Shown: piece by piece, positions 24,894-34,800 of the stretch
Layout: each line of letters starts with the position of its first letter
Numbering within the stretch: the first letter of the stretch is position 1
Assembly (NCBI GenBank): GCA_034664545.1
Contig: JAXDHK010000340.1
Coordinates: 1-38,371 of the forward strand
Source: Solirubrobacteraceae bacterium
Lineage (GTDB): Bacteria; Actinomycetota; Thermoleophilia; Solirubrobacterales; Solirubrobacteraceae
DNA length: 38,371 nt
Direction of reading: 5' to 3'
Translations under genes and position numbers: made by a program
The notes under the pieces: model-generated
The model's database searches: none
What the model saw: only the letters and a program-made list of their open reading frames with translations
Told to the model about the DNA's origin: nothing

Positions 24894-26879
24894 ATGTCCG
24901 TCCAGGTGTCCTACCCCGGCGTCTACATCGAGGAGTTCGAGCCCGCCGCCCCGATCGAGGGTGTGTCCACCAGCCACGCCGCCTTCATCGGCATCGCCGA
25001 GCGGGGACCGAGCAACGTGCCGACGCTCGTCACCAGCCTGGACGACTTCACGCGCGTCTTCGGCGGCCCCGTGGACGGAGCAGTGCCCTACTACCTGCCC
25101 ACGAGCGCCGAGGGCTTCTTCCGCAACGGGGGAAGCGTCCTCTACGCGCTGCGCGTGTCGACGGCGGCCAACGCCTCCAAATCGTTCCTCTCCCGGGGCG
25201 CGAGCCCGCCGCCCGCCGCGCCGGTCCTCACGGCGACCGCGCTGACCGAGGGCGGCGCCGGCAACGGCATCGCGGTCACCGCGGCGGACTCGTCGGCGCT
25301 CGCCAAGGCCCTGGCGGCGATCAAGCCCACCCCGCCGCCCAAGCCGACGCTCGCGCTCGCCAACGCCTCGACGCCGGCGAGCGCCCTCGACCCCACCGGG
25401 CGGATCCTGACCGTGGCCCAGAGCTCGAGCTTCGCACCCGGCGACAACGTCCTCGTCGTCGACGCCACCAACAAGCGTCCGGGCACGATCAGCGCCGTTC
25501 CCGACTCCACGACGATCGTCCTCGGTGCGGGGCTGACCGGACCGCTCGCCGCCGGATCGACGGTGAAGCTCGCCGACCTCGCCCTCGGCGACACGCTCAT
25601 CCGCCTCACCGTGCCGCTGGGGCTGAACCTCCGCCAGGCGGTCCCGGCCGGGACGCTCGTGGCGATCGGAGCGACGGGATCGACCGAGGTCGCGGTCGTC
25701 GCCGCCGTCACCGCCGACTCGGTCACCCTGACCCGAGGGCTGAGCGTCGCCCACGCGCGCAACACGGCCGAGCTGGCCTCGGCGGAGTTCGATCTCACGG
25801 TGACGGGCACCGGCGGCGAGGTCGAGACGTTCACCTTGCTCTCGACCTCGCCGAACCATCCGCGCTACTGGAAGACGGCGACCGACTCGAGCGCGCTCGT
25901 GAGCTTCTCGCGACCGGACACGCTCCCGCCGGGCGCCGCGCCGGACCCCCGGCCCAAGCCCGCCACGATCACCCTCGCCGGGGCGGCCAACGACGATCCC
26001 GCCGCCGCGTGGAACACGCAGCTCGCGGCCAACATCCACGCCTACCTCGACGCGCTCGCCCGGATCGACGACATCAGCATCGTCGCCGTTCCGGGATGCA
26101 CCGAGCAGGGGGTGCAGCAGGCGCTCGTCGAGCACTGCGAGTCCCTCTGGGACCGCTTCGCCATCCTCGACGCCGTCAAGGGCGCCGACCTGACCGCTGT
26201 CCGCGCCCAGCGAGCCACCCTGACGGGCACGCTCGACAAGGGCTTCGGCGCGCTCTACCACCCCTGGATCCAGGTGCGCGACTCCGCCAAGCAGGCCATC
26301 GTCGACCATCCGCCGTCCGGGCACCTCGCCGGGATCTACGCGAAGATCGACACGACGCGAGGGGTCCACAACGCCCCGGCCAACCTCGGCATCGCCACCG
26401 CGCTCGGCGTGACCCAGCGCCTGACGAACGCCGACCAGAGCGTCGTGAACCTCGAGGGCGTGAACCTCATCCGAATCCTCCCCGGTCGCGGCGTCCCCGT
26501 GGTCTGGGGCGCGCGGACCACCGCGGGCGACCGCAACTGGCAGTACGTCAACATCCGCCGGCTGTTCCTCTTCCTCGAGGAGTCGATCCAGCAGGGCCTC
26601 CAGCCGAACGTCTTCCTGCCCAACGACCTCGCCCTCTGGGAGCGGGTCAAGCGCACGCTCAACGAGTTCCTCGGCCGGGTCTGGCGGGACGGCGCGCTGT
26701 TCGGCGCCACCGCCAAGGAGGCCTACTACGTCCGCGTCGACGAGGCGCTCAACCCCCCGAGCACGCGCAAGCTCGGGCGGCTGAACATCGAGATCGGCGT
26801 GCAGCCGGTGTACCCGGCCGAGTTCATCGTCGTCCGGATCGGCATCTGGGACGGCGGCAGCGACATCAGCGAGAGCTAG
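24894..26879 (+). CDS. contractile tail sheath protein (Afp2-4/Pvc2-like)
   Basis: AAGGAG RBS upstream. The N-terminus MSVQVSYPGVYIEEFEP...STSHAAFIGIAERGP is classical for sheath proteins. It also has YHPWIQV, NAPAN and GVNLIRILPGRGVPVWGARTT motifs. 661 aa. Confidence 0.92.
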   Translation: MSVQVSYPGVYIEEFEPAAPIEGVSTSHAAFIGIAERGPSNVPTLVTSLDDFTRVFGGPVDGAVPYYLPTSAEGFFRNGGSVLYALRVSTAANASKSFLSRGASPPPAAPVLTATALTEGGAGNGIAVTAADSSALAKALAAIKPTPPPKPTLALANASTPASALDPTGRILTVAQSSSFAPGDNVLVVDATNKRPGTISAVPDSTTIVLGAGLTGPLAAGSTVKLADLALGDTLIRLTVPLGLNLRQAVPAGTLVAIGATGSTEVAVVAAVTADSVTLTRGLSVAHARNTAELASAEFDLTVTGTGGEVETFTLLSTSPNHPRYWKTATDSSALVSFSRPDTLPPGAAPDPRPKPATITLAGAANDDPAAAWNTQLAANIHAYLDALARIDDISIVAVPGCTEQGVQQALVEHCESLWDRFAILDAVKGADLTAVRAQRATLTGTLDKGFGALYHPWIQVRDSAKQAIVDHPPSGHLAGIYAKIDTTRGVHNAPANLGIATALGVTQRLTNADQSVVNLEGVNLIRILPGRGVPVVWGARTTAGDRNWQYVNIRRLFLFLEESIQQGLQPNVFLPNDLALWERVKRTLNEFLGRVWRDGALFGATAKEAYYVRVDEALNPPSTRKLGRLNIEIGVQPVYPAEFIVVRIGIWDGGSDISES

Positions 26880-26888
26880 GAGACAGCC

Positions 26889-27326
26889 ATGACCACTGGG
26901 GTGCTGGTGGACCCATACCCGGGTTACAACTTCCACGTCGAGATCGACGGGATCAGCCGCGGGGCCTTCGAGGAGGTGACGGGCCTGGACTCGACCGTCG
27001 ACGTGGTCGAGTACCGGGAGGGCGGCTGGAACACCACGCCGCACAAGTTCCCGGGCCAGACCAAGCACGCGAACATCGTGCTCAAGCACGGGATGGCGAG
27101 CGACCGCGACCTCACCAACTGGCACCAGAACGTCGTCGAGGGCACGATCGACCGCCGGAACGGGTCGGTGATCCTCCTGGACCGCCGGGGAACCGAGGTC
27201 GCCAGATGGAACTTCATCCGGGCCTGGCCGACCAAGTACACCGCTCCGAGCTTCAACGCCAAGACGAGCGACATCGCGATCGAGACCCTCGAGCTGGCCC
27301 ACGAGGGCCTCGAGCGGGTGAGCTGA
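26889..27326 (+). CDS. tail tube protein (T4 gp19-like, Afp1/5-like)
   Basis: AGGAGA RBS upstream. DPYPGYNFHVEIDGISRGAFEEVTGLDSTVDVVEYREGG...KFPGQTKHANIVLKHG is the conserved eCIS/gp19 tube signature. 145 aa. Confidence 0.9.
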   Translation: MTTGVLVDPYPGYNFHVEIDGISRGAFEEVTGLDSTVDVVEYREGGWNTTPHKFPGQTKHANIVLKHGMASDRDLTNWHQNVVEGTIDRRNGSVILLDRRGTEVARWNFIRAWPTKYTAPSFNAKTSDIAIETLELAHEGLERVS

Positions 27327-27327
27327 G

Positions 27328-27711
27328 ATGTTCGAGGTCGAGCACCACTTCACCCTGCCGATGGGCCTGATCGACCGGGACGGGACGCTGCACCGCGACG
27401 GCGTCATGCGCCTGGCCACCGCGGCCGACGAGATCCTCCCCCTCCAGGACCCCCGCGTCCAGCGCAACCCCGCCTACCTGGCCCTGATCCTGCTCTCCCG
27501 GGTCGTGCTCCGCATCGGCGGCATCGAGGACGTCAACCCGCACACCATGGAGGGGCTGTTCGCCGCCGACCTCGCCCACCTCCAGGATCTCTACAACGCG
27601 ATCAACCGCATCGGCGGGAGCGAGCGCGTCTCCTGCCCGCACTGCGAGCGCGACTTCGAACTGGAGGTCGACCGCCTGGGGGGATCGCAGGCTATCCCCT
27701 CGACCGGGTGA
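27328..27711 (+). CDS. tail assembly chaperone-like protein (zero-frame product)
   Basis: ATG 27328 lies 1 nt after the tube stop; 127 aa. It sits between the tube and the tape-measure candidate. The core resembles the cluster-1 chaperone 684-1199. The slippery heptamer lies 25 nt before its stop. Confidence 0.65.
   Translation: MFEVEHHFTLPMGLIDRDGTLHRDGVMRLATAADEILPLQDPRVQRNPAYLALILLSRVVLRIGGIEDVNPHTMEGLFAADLAHLQDLYNAINRIGGSERVSCPHCERDFELEVDRLGGSQAIPSTG
27678..27684 (+). promoter_or_regulatory. candidate -1 programmed frameshift slippery heptamer G_GGG_GGA
   Basis: In the zero frame of 27328-27711 the codons are ctG GGG GGA, which is X_XXY_YYZ. The -1 frame is open from here through 27845 and encodes ...IAGYPLDRVNEEMAYLAYHLHW... 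Confidence 0.45.
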
Positions 27712-27725
27712 ACGAGGAGATGGCC
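27690..27725 (+). promoter_or_regulatory. stem-loop 5 nt downstream of the slippery site (possible frameshift stimulator)
   Basis: GGCTATCCCCTCG (27690-27702) pairs with CGAGGAGATGGCC (27713-27725). That gives 13 positions: 11 Watson-Crick pairs, 1 G:U wobble and 1 C:A mismatch, with a 10-nt loop. The 3' arm covers ATG 27720 and the adjacent GAGGAG. Confidence 0.4.
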
Positions 27726-27848
27726 TATCTCGCCTATCACCTGCACTGGTCCCACGCCGAGCTCATGCACCTCGACCACCGCAGCCGCCGCGGCTGGGTC
27801 GAGCAGGTCTCGGCGCTGAACGAGCGTGTCTCCGCGGGGGGCGTGTGA
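27720..27848 (+). CDS. small DUF6760-like eCIS protein segment (independent 42-aa ORF or -1 frame extension of the chaperone)
   Basis: MAYLAYHLHWSHAELMHLDHRSRRGWVEQVSALNE matches the small conserved protein I recall from eCIS loci. The same frame upstream encodes the family-typical YPLDRVNEE, but there is no ATG/GTG/TTG before GTG 27708. GAGGAG abuts ATG 27720 with no spacer. Confidence 0.55.
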   Translation: MAYLAYHLHWSHAELMHLDHRSRRGWVEQVSALNERVSAGGV

Positions 27849-28552
27849 CCCGCCCGCCGCGCATCGGACTCGCCGGCCAGGCCGCCGCCCGGGCGACGGC
27901 GCGGCGGCGAACCCGGTGCGGCGCGACGGTGGCCGGGGGCCGCCTGGAGGTCCCGGCGCCCCCCCTCGCCGCGAGCCTGCTGACGCGGCGGGCGCGGCTG
28001 GCGGCGCCCGGCGCCTGGGCCGTGCGCATCGAGCTGCGCCTCGCCCCGGTCACCGTGGTCCGGTCTGAGGCGTTGGCCGCCCCCGCGGCTTCGATCCTCG
28101 TGCCTGCCCCCCACGGAGACGCCCGACTCATCCCCGTGACCCCGGGCGCCAGCCCGGACCCCCCCGCGATGACGCTCTCGCGGGAGACGATCCGCGAGCG
28201 GATCGAGCGCACCGTCGAGCGGCTGGTCGCACGCGGCCGGCGCGAGGAGCCGCCTCGCCGCCTGGACGCCCCGGCCGTGCGCCTCGGCCCCGACCGGGCG
28301 GCCACGCCCGCGATGGCGCCGCCGGTGTTCACGAAGCTCGTCCTGCCCGTGCTCCCGGTCGCCGCCCGCGCCGCCGAGGCTGCCGGCTCGGACGGCGGGA
28401 GCGCGCCGCCCGCCGTGCTCGCGCCGCCCGCGGTGCCGGCAACCGGTCCGCTCCCGCAGGCCGCGCAGATCCCGAGGCTCGTCGAGGAGATCGTCGGTGA
28501 GCTCGAACGCCGCACCCGAGCCCAGCGCGAGCGCCGAGGGTGGCTGGGATGA
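27845..28552 (+). CDS. Pro/Ala/Arg-rich protein; tape-measure candidate of cluster 2
   Basis: GTGA overlap (27845/27848), 235 aa, high GC3. It sits between the chaperone and the LysM tube-initiator. Its C-terminal IPRLVEEIVGELERR is shared with 1196-2173. Confidence 0.45.
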   Translation: MTRPPRIGLAGQAAARATARRRTRCGATVAGGRLEVPAPPLAASLLTRRARLAAPGAWAVRIELRLAPVTVVRSEALAAPAASILVPAPHGDARLIPVTPGASPDPPAMTLSRETIRERIERTVERLVARGRREEPPRRLDAPAVRLGPDRAATPAMAPPVFTKLVLPVLPVAARAAEAAGSDGGSAPPAVLAPPAVPATGPLPQAAQIPRLVEEIVGELERRTRAQRERRGWLG

Positions 28553-29241
28553 GCGGGACGCTCGAGAACGCCCTGCTGGTGAACACGGTGACCAACGCCT
28601 TCGTGTCGGTGCAGTTCAACCCCGAGGACTACACGATCAACCGGGAGGTCCAGTACGCCCAGATCGGGGTCCCCGGCCTCTCGGCCCCGGTCGTCCAATT
28701 CGTCCACGGCAACGCGCAGACGCTCGAGATGGAGCTCTTCGTCGACACCCTGGAGAAGAGCTCCCAGGCCGAGGCCGGCAGCGACGTCCGCGAGCTGGTC
28801 AAGAAGATCACCTCGTTGATGGACATCGAGCCGACGGTGCACGCCCCGCCGCCGGTGCTCTTCACCTGGGGCAGCCTGAGCTTCAGCTGCGTGCTCCAGC
28901 GCGCCTCGCAGAAGTTCATCATGTTCAAGCCGGACGGGACTCCGGTGCGGGCAAAGGTGCAGGTGACGTTCAGCGAGTTCTGCAACGTCGAGCTCGAGGC
29001 CAAGGAGGTCAAGCGCCAGACCGCCGACTACTCGAAGCTCCACACGGTGTGCGCCGGCGACTCGCTGGCGCTGATCGCGTGGCGCGAGTACGGATACCCG
29101 ACCGCGTGGCGGCCGATCGCCCTGCGCAACGGTATCGACGACCCGCGACGCCTGCGGACGGGCGATGTGCTCGTGCTCCCGCGCCTGCCCTACCGAGACC
29201 GGGACACCGGGACGCTCTACGACGCCGGAGCGATCGCGTGA
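28549..29241 (+). CDS. LysM-domain tube-initiator/baseplate protein (Afp7-like)
   Basis: ATGA overlap (28549/28552); GTG 28540 is an alternative start. The N-terminus FVSVQFNPEDYTINREVQYAQIGVPGLSAPVVQFVHGNAQTLEMELF is the CIS tube-like domain. The C-terminal LysM reads HTVCAGDSLALIAWREYGYPTAWRPIALRNGIDDPRRLRTGDVLVLP. Confidence 0.85.
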   Translation: MSGTLENALLVNTVTNAFVSVQFNPEDYTINREVQYAQIGVPGLSAPVVQFVHGNAQTLEMELFVDTLEKSSQAEAGSDVRELVKKITSLMDIEPTVHAPPPVLFTWGSLSFSCVLQRASQKFIMFKPDGTPVRAKVQVTFSEFCNVELEAKEVKRQTADYSKLHTVCAGDSLALIAWREYGYPTAWRPIALRNGIDDPRRLRTGDVLVLPRLPYRDRDTGTLYDAGAIA

Positions 29242-30470
29242 GCGCTCCGCCCCGCTACGCCCCGGAGATCCGCATCGCCTTCGACCGCGTCCCGGCGCCG
29301 GCCGAGCTGCGCGGCTCGGTGACATCGGTCAGCTGTCAGACCGGCCTCGGCGGCTCCGACCGGCTCGAGCTCTCGCTCGTCAACGAGCGGTTGCGCTGGC
29401 TGGACGACCCGCTGCTGCGCCTCGGAGCCGAGATCTCGTTCGCCATCGGGTACGCACCCGACTCGCCGACCCAGATCTTCGTCGGGGAGGTGACGGGCAC
29501 CGAGGCGGCGTTCCCGAGCGACGGAGTACCTACGCTCCGCGTCGTCGCCCAGGACCGGCGCACGCGCCTCGCCGAGTCCTCACCGACCCGGCTGTTCGCG
29601 GTCCCCATCCCCGGGTACGGGGTACAGCCGCTCCCGGATCTCGGCGTGGCGCCGCTGATCGGGCTCGAGCACCAGCTCGTCACCTTCGTCGACCCGCTCG
29701 CCGCCTTCCTCTCCGCCGCGCTCAGCCTCGCCGACCTCGACGCCACGAGTGAGGACCCGGGCGGACGCCAGAAGCTCGCGCGCAAGCAGATCGGCCAGAG
29801 CTCGCTCGACTTCCTCGGGAAGATCGCGGCCGAGAACGGCTGGGAGGTGCTCATGGAGCACGGCCCGATCGCCGGCGGCTGGGTGATCCGCCTGATGTCC
29901 CCGGCCAGCGTCCTGGCCCCAGAGGAGACGCTGCGGTACGGTCAATCGCTGATCGACTTCACTCCGAGGCTCTCGACCGTCGGACAGGTCGCGGCCGTCT
30001 CGGTCAAGGTCTGGCGTCCCGAGATCAAGCTCGAGCTCACCGTGACCGTCGGCTACGACTGGGAGAAGCGGGCGCTCAGGATCGAGATCACCCCGGGCTT
30101 CCTCGACAAGGTGGCCAAGGGCGCCAAGGCCGGGTCGGAGACCAAGACCCTTCTCGTCAACGAGCCGGTCACCGTGGCCACGGCCCCGCGGATGATCCTC
30201 TCGAAGCTCCTGCCCAAGCTCAACCGACGGCTGACGGCGAGCGGCTCGTGCGTCGGGACCCCGACGATCGCCGCCGGCGAAGTGCTCCGGATCGAGGGGG
30301 TCGGCGAGCAGTTCGGAGGGCTGTATCGGGTCACCCAGGCGCGTCACTCCTTCGACGGCGGGGGCTACCGCACCAGTTTCGACGTGCGCAAGGAGATCTG
30401 GTTCGACCCGATCCCCCTCACCGCCCAGGGCGCCGTCCGCCTCATCCCGAACCCGCTTCCCGTGGCCTGA
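29238..30470 (+). CDS. gpD-like (late control D) baseplate hub protein, cluster 2
   Basis: GTGA overlap (29238/29241), 410 aa. It has IFVGEVTGTEAAFPSDGVPTLRVVAQDRRTRL, SSLDFLGKIAAENGWEV and the C-terminal GLYRVTQARHSFDGGGYRTSFDVRKE, typical of the gpD family. Confidence 0.8.
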   Translation: MSAPPRYAPEIRIAFDRVPAPAELRGSVTSVSCQTGLGGSDRLELSLVNERLRWLDDPLLRLGAEISFAIGYAPDSPTQIFVGEVTGTEAAFPSDGVPTLRVVAQDRRTRLAESSPTRLFAVPIPGYGVQPLPDLGVAPLIGLEHQLVTFVDPLAAFLSAALSLADLDATSEDPGGRQKLARKQIGQSSLDFLGKIAAENGWEVLMEHGPIAGGWVIRLMSPASVLAPEETLRYGQSLIDFTPRLSTVGQVAAVSVKVWRPEIKLELTVTVGYDWEKRALRIEITPGFLDKVAKGAKAGSETKTLLVNEPVTVATAPRMILSKLLPKLNRRLTASGSCVGTPTIAAGEVLRIEGVGEQFGGLYRVTQARHSFDGGGYRTSFDVRKEIWFDPIPLTAQGAVRLIPNPLPVA

Positions 30471-30480
30471 AGGAGGACCC

Positions 30481-31128
30481 GTGCTCGACGAGTTGCACGA
30501 CGAGAGCATCCACGCCCTTTCGAGTCCGCGCATCCTCGGCGTGACGCCGGCGATCGTGATCGAGAACGTCGACTTCGAGGCCCAGGGCCGGATGAAGGTG
30601 AGCTTCCCATGGATCCCGAACATCGAGCTCTGGGCTCGGATGTGCGCCCCGGTGGCGGGAAATGGCTGTGGGGTCTGGGCGGTCCCCCAGGTCGGCGACG
30701 AGGTGCTGGTGGCGTTCGCCCACGGGGACGTCGAGCAGCCCTACGTGTTGGGCGGCCTCTGGAGCATGCAGGCCCGGCCGCCGGCCGCGCAGCCGACCGA
30801 CGCCCGGACGAAGCGGATCGTCCGCTCGCCGCTCGGCCACTCGATCACGCTTGACGACGTGCCGCCGGCGATCACCGTCGAGCACAACGCCGGCCACAAG
30901 ATCGAGATGACGGCGGACGGCATCAAGATCTCGACGTCGGGCGGCGCCGCGTCGATCGAGCTGACGGCCGCCGGCGAGATCAAGATCACCGGCAGGACCA
31001 CGGTCTCGGTGTCGGCGCCCGCCGTCAAGGTCGCCGGCGATTCATCCGCGCAGGTGACCGGCGGCGCGGTCGAGGTCTCGGCCACCGGGCCCTGCAAGGT
31101 CGCCGGCTCCCTGGTGGCGATCAACTGA
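30481..31128 (+). CDS. VgrG/gp5-like spike protein (Afp8-like, short)
   Basis: GTG 30481 lies 4 nt after AGGAGG. GVWAVPQVGDEVLVAFAHGDVEQPYVLGGLW is an OB-fold signature. Beta-helix repeats follow (ITVEHNAGHKIEMTADGIKISTSGGAASIELTAAGEIKITG). Confidence 0.8.
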   Translation: MLDELHDESIHALSSPRILGVTPAIVIENVDFEAQGRMKVSFPWIPNIELWARMCAPVAGNGCGVWAVPQVGDEVLVAFAHGDVEQPYVLGGLWSMQARPPAAQPTDARTKRIVRSPLGHSITLDDVPPAITVEHNAGHKIEMTADGIKISTSGGAASIELTAAGEIKITGRTTVSVSAPAVKVAGDSSAQVTGGAVEVSATGPCKVAGSLVAIN

Positions 31129-31406
31129 TGCCGCCCGCCGCCCGCATGGCCGACCTCACCGGCCACCCGGGGATGGTGACCGGGCCCGGGGTGGCGACCG
31201 TGCTCATCGGCGGCCTCCCCGCGGCGGTCGTCGGCGACCTGCACTCCTGCGCGTTCCCGCCGCCCGCGCCGCATCCCCCGACCCCGTTCGCGGTCGGTTC
31301 GGCGAGCGTCCTCATCGGCGGAAGGCCCGCCCTGCGGGTCGGCGACGTCGCCGGGTGCGGCGCGCCGATCGTCACGGGCGCCTTCACGGTGATCGTCGGG
31401 GGCTGA
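31128..31406 (+). CDS. PAAR-domain spike tip protein
   Basis: TGATG overlap (31126-31130), 92 aa. The two PAAR-type motifs are TVLIGGLPAAVVGDLHSC and SVLIGGRPALRVGDVAGCGAPIV. Confidence 0.85.
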   Translation: MPPAARMADLTGHPGMVTGPGVATVLIGGLPAAVVGDLHSCAFPPPAPHPPTPFAVGSASVLIGGRPALRVGDVAGCGAPIVTGAFTVIVGG

Positions 31407-31409
31407 GCG

Positions 31410-31835
31410 GTGTCCGACACCAGCATCAGCCCGACCGATCCGCGCATCCTCGGCCGGGGGTGGTCGGCCCCGTACGGACTCGACCCGCTCGGGGAGGCGG
31501 CGATGGTCGAAGGCGGCGAGGATGTTCGCCAGGCGATCCGGACGATCCTCGCCACCTCGCGGGGCGAGCGTCAAATGCGCCCCGAGTTCGGAGCCGGGCT
31601 CGACGAGCTCCTCTTCGCCCCGGTCTCGACGACGACGTTCGCCCTCGTGCGCCACCGCGTCGAGCAGGCCCTCGTCGCCTGGGAGCCGCGGATCGACGTG
31701 CTCGCGGTCCGCGTGAGCGCACCGGGGCCGGTCCGCAACCGCCTCGAGATCGGAATCGACTACACCCTCCGGGCGACGAACGTCTTCTACAACCTCGTCT
31801 ATCCGTTCTACCTCCAGGAGGGCCAGCCGACATGA
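31410..31835 (+). CDS. gp25/GPW baseplate wedge protein (Afp9-like)
   Basis: GTG 31410 lies 3 nt after the PAAR stop. GRGWSAPYGLDPLGEAAMVEGGEDVRQAIRTILATSRGERQMRPEFGAGLDELLFAP is the GPW/gp25 signature. Confidence 0.85.
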   Translation: MSDTSISPTDPRILGRGWSAPYGLDPLGEAAMVEGGEDVRQAIRTILATSRGERQMRPEFGAGLDELLFAPVSTTTFALVRHRVEQALVAWEPRIDVLAVRVSAPGPVRNRLEIGIDYTLRATNVFYNLVYPFYLQEGQPT

Positions 31836-34800
31836 GCGCCCCCTTCGCGACGGCCACGGCCGAGGAGATCGCCCGGGCGCTGCTCGCCCGGCGCCCGGCC
31901 TACGCCCCCGACCTGCGCCCCCGCGACGACGGGCCCTCGAACGCCTTGATCGCGATCGCCGCCGAGTACCTCGAATCGCTCGGCGAGCGCATCGGTCGGA
32001 TGCCCGACAAGCATCTCGCCGCGCTGCTCGACATGCTGGGGGTCAGCGTCCTTCCCGCGCAGCCCGCCGGGGCGACCGTCGTCTTCACGGCACTCCCGAG
32101 CGCCCCGGCCACCCGCGTGGTCGCCGGAACGCGGCTCGGGGCGTCGATCCCCGGAGCAGCGGCGCCGCTGCCGTTCGAGACGGGGGCCGACGTCGCGGTC
32201 ACGAGCTCGGCGCTCGCCGAGGTCTGGACGGTCCTTCCCGGAGCCGACGCCGCCGCCGAGCACGGCGCCGACCTCGCCGCCGGCCGCGGCGCCACCCTGT
32301 TCGCCGGGGCGCAACGGGTCGAGCGCCAGCTCGCGATCGGCGACCCGGTCCGGCTCGCGCTGAGTGGCCGGGCGGAGATCCTCCTCGACCTGAGGCTCCG
32401 CACGCCCGGTTCGACGGCCCTCGCCCTGGACTGGTCGTGGTGGGACGGGGAGGACTGGCAGCCCTTTGCGCCCTTCGCCGACCCGGAGGCGGCCGGCGAC
32501 GACGACTCCTGGGACGGGACGGGCGGCCTCACCCGGTCGGGTCGCATCCGGCTCGTCGCCCCCTGCGCGAAGGCGAAGCGGCTGACGATCGAGGGCGTCG
32601 AGTCGTATTGGATCCGGGCCCGCACCACGGTTCCCCTCTCGCCCCGGCCGGACCTGCGTCCCCCGGAGGTAGCCGCCGTGCGCATCCGCACCGTGCTCTC
32701 GCGGGCGCCGGTCAGGATGACGCTGCTCCCGGCGAGCGAGTCCGGGAAGCTGACCGTACGGGTCTTCACCGCGGACGCCAAGCCCGCGCCGAAGGAGACG
32801 ACGTTCTGGGTGCGGACGCTCAGCGGGGCCGGCGGGGACGTCCTGTACTCGTGCGATCCGGTGCGGCCGCGCGGACCGTCCCAGGACACGCCGGCGCCGG
32901 GCACGACCATCGCGCTCTCGCTCGACGGGGCGGCCAAGCCCGACCCCGAGTCGTTCCTGCCCCCGATCACGCTCCGCGGCGACCTCGACGTCGACCTCGC
33001 CCACGTGCGGGGCCTCCCGCCCGACAAGGCGATCGGCGACTCGAAGCCGGTCGACGTCACGCGCGCCTTCCAGCCCCTGGGCCAGGCACCGACCCGGGGG
33101 GCGGCCTTCTACCTCGCCTGCGACGAGGTCTTCGCCAAGCCCGGGGCGCGGGTGACGCTCTCCTTGGCGCGCCCGGTCACGGCCAGCGAGGAGGCCGACA
33201 TCGCCGGCGGGAACTACGAGGGCTCGCTCCAGAGCGCCCGGACCTTCCTCGACAACCTGATCAACACCCTGGACGCCGTCGGCGCGAACCTGCGCGCCCT
33301 GACCGCCGCCGGGCACGACCTGGATCCGGCGTCGGTCCCGCCGATCGACAAGGGGTCGGAGACGACGGCCGCCTGGTACCTGCGGGTCCGCCAATCGGTG
33401 ACCGACGCCCTCCGCGCGCTGACCGACGCCGCCACCCGACACCAGCCCGCCGCGTTCAACGCGATCGTCGACGCCCGCCGCCTCCTGGCCCCGTCGCCGG
33501 ACGTCGGCAGGGCCCTCGCCGCGCTCGACTCCCACGAGCTCGACGCCGCGACGATCCTCGCCGACCTGGCGAGCGCCGTCGCCCTGCTCACCTCCACCCC
33601 GACCCCGCTGTCGGCGCAGGGGGCGAGCCTTCGGGCCGCAGCGGCGGCCAACTCGCCCGACGTTCCCGCCTTGCAGGCCGCGCTCGTCCTCACCTTCACC
33701 GCCCTCCCCGCGCTCGAGCCGTTCCTCGGCGGCGCGCTGCCCGAGAACCTGGTGGAGTCTCCCGAGGCGTTCCGCGACATGGTGATCGGGCGCCTGAACA
33801 GCGCCAAGGCGGTGCTCGCCACCGCCGCCGCCACCATCCTGGACTGGACCAACCAGCTGACCTACCTGACGCCCCAGCAGCTCGTGGCCGGGGTGAGCGT
33901 CAACCCGACGCCCCAGCTGTCCGCGGCGGAGGTCGTGTGGGAGTACTGGAACGGCAGCCGCTGGACCGAGCTGGCGATCACCGGCGATCCGGCGGGGGCG
34001 GTCGCGAGCTTCCGCGCGAGCGGGGTGATCCGGTTCGACGTCCCCGAGGGGTGGGAGCCGAACGAGGTCGTCAACGACACGCGCCGGTGGTTGCGCGCCC
34101 GCCTGGCCGCCGGCAGCTACACCTACCTGCGGCTCGTGGCCTGGACGGACCCCAAGACCAACGTCCTCAACTTCCTCCCGGTGGTCGAGCCGCGGCCGCC
34201 CGTGCTCGACGGCCTCGAGCTGTTCTTCCACTACGAGTCCCCCGGGGCGCCGCCGGCCACGGCGTTGACCCTCAACGACTTCGCGTGGGAGGACGTCACA
34301 CCGGGACTTGCCCAGCCGGGCCCCGGCTTCATCCCGTTCCGGTCTATGCCCGAGCGGGTGCCGATGCTCTACCTCGGCTTCGACGGGCCCCTCCCGGCCG
34401 ATCGCCTCGGGCTCTACGTCGAGCTGCGGGAGCCCGATCCCGACGCCCGGCCCCTGGCGCTCGACTGGGAGGGCTACGACGGGGTCGACTGGCGGACGCT
34501 CTCGACCGACGACGGTACCCGCGGGCTGACGGCCCACGGCGTCGTCGGCCTGATCTGGCCGGGCGACGCCTCGCCGCCGGGCGCGGCACTGCTCGGTGCC
34601 GTCGGCCGCGCGTTGACGCTCGCCGAGCGCGACGCCGCGACTCGCTTTGCCCCCGGCGACCGCGTCCTCGTCCGCGACCCGGCCGGCGGCGAGCCGGGGG
34701 TGGTGGCCGCAGCCGCCGGACAGACGCTGACGCTGCGCGACCCGGTCTCGCGCGCCTACGTCGGGGGCGAGGTCGTCGACGCCCCCCCGGCTCGCTTCGG

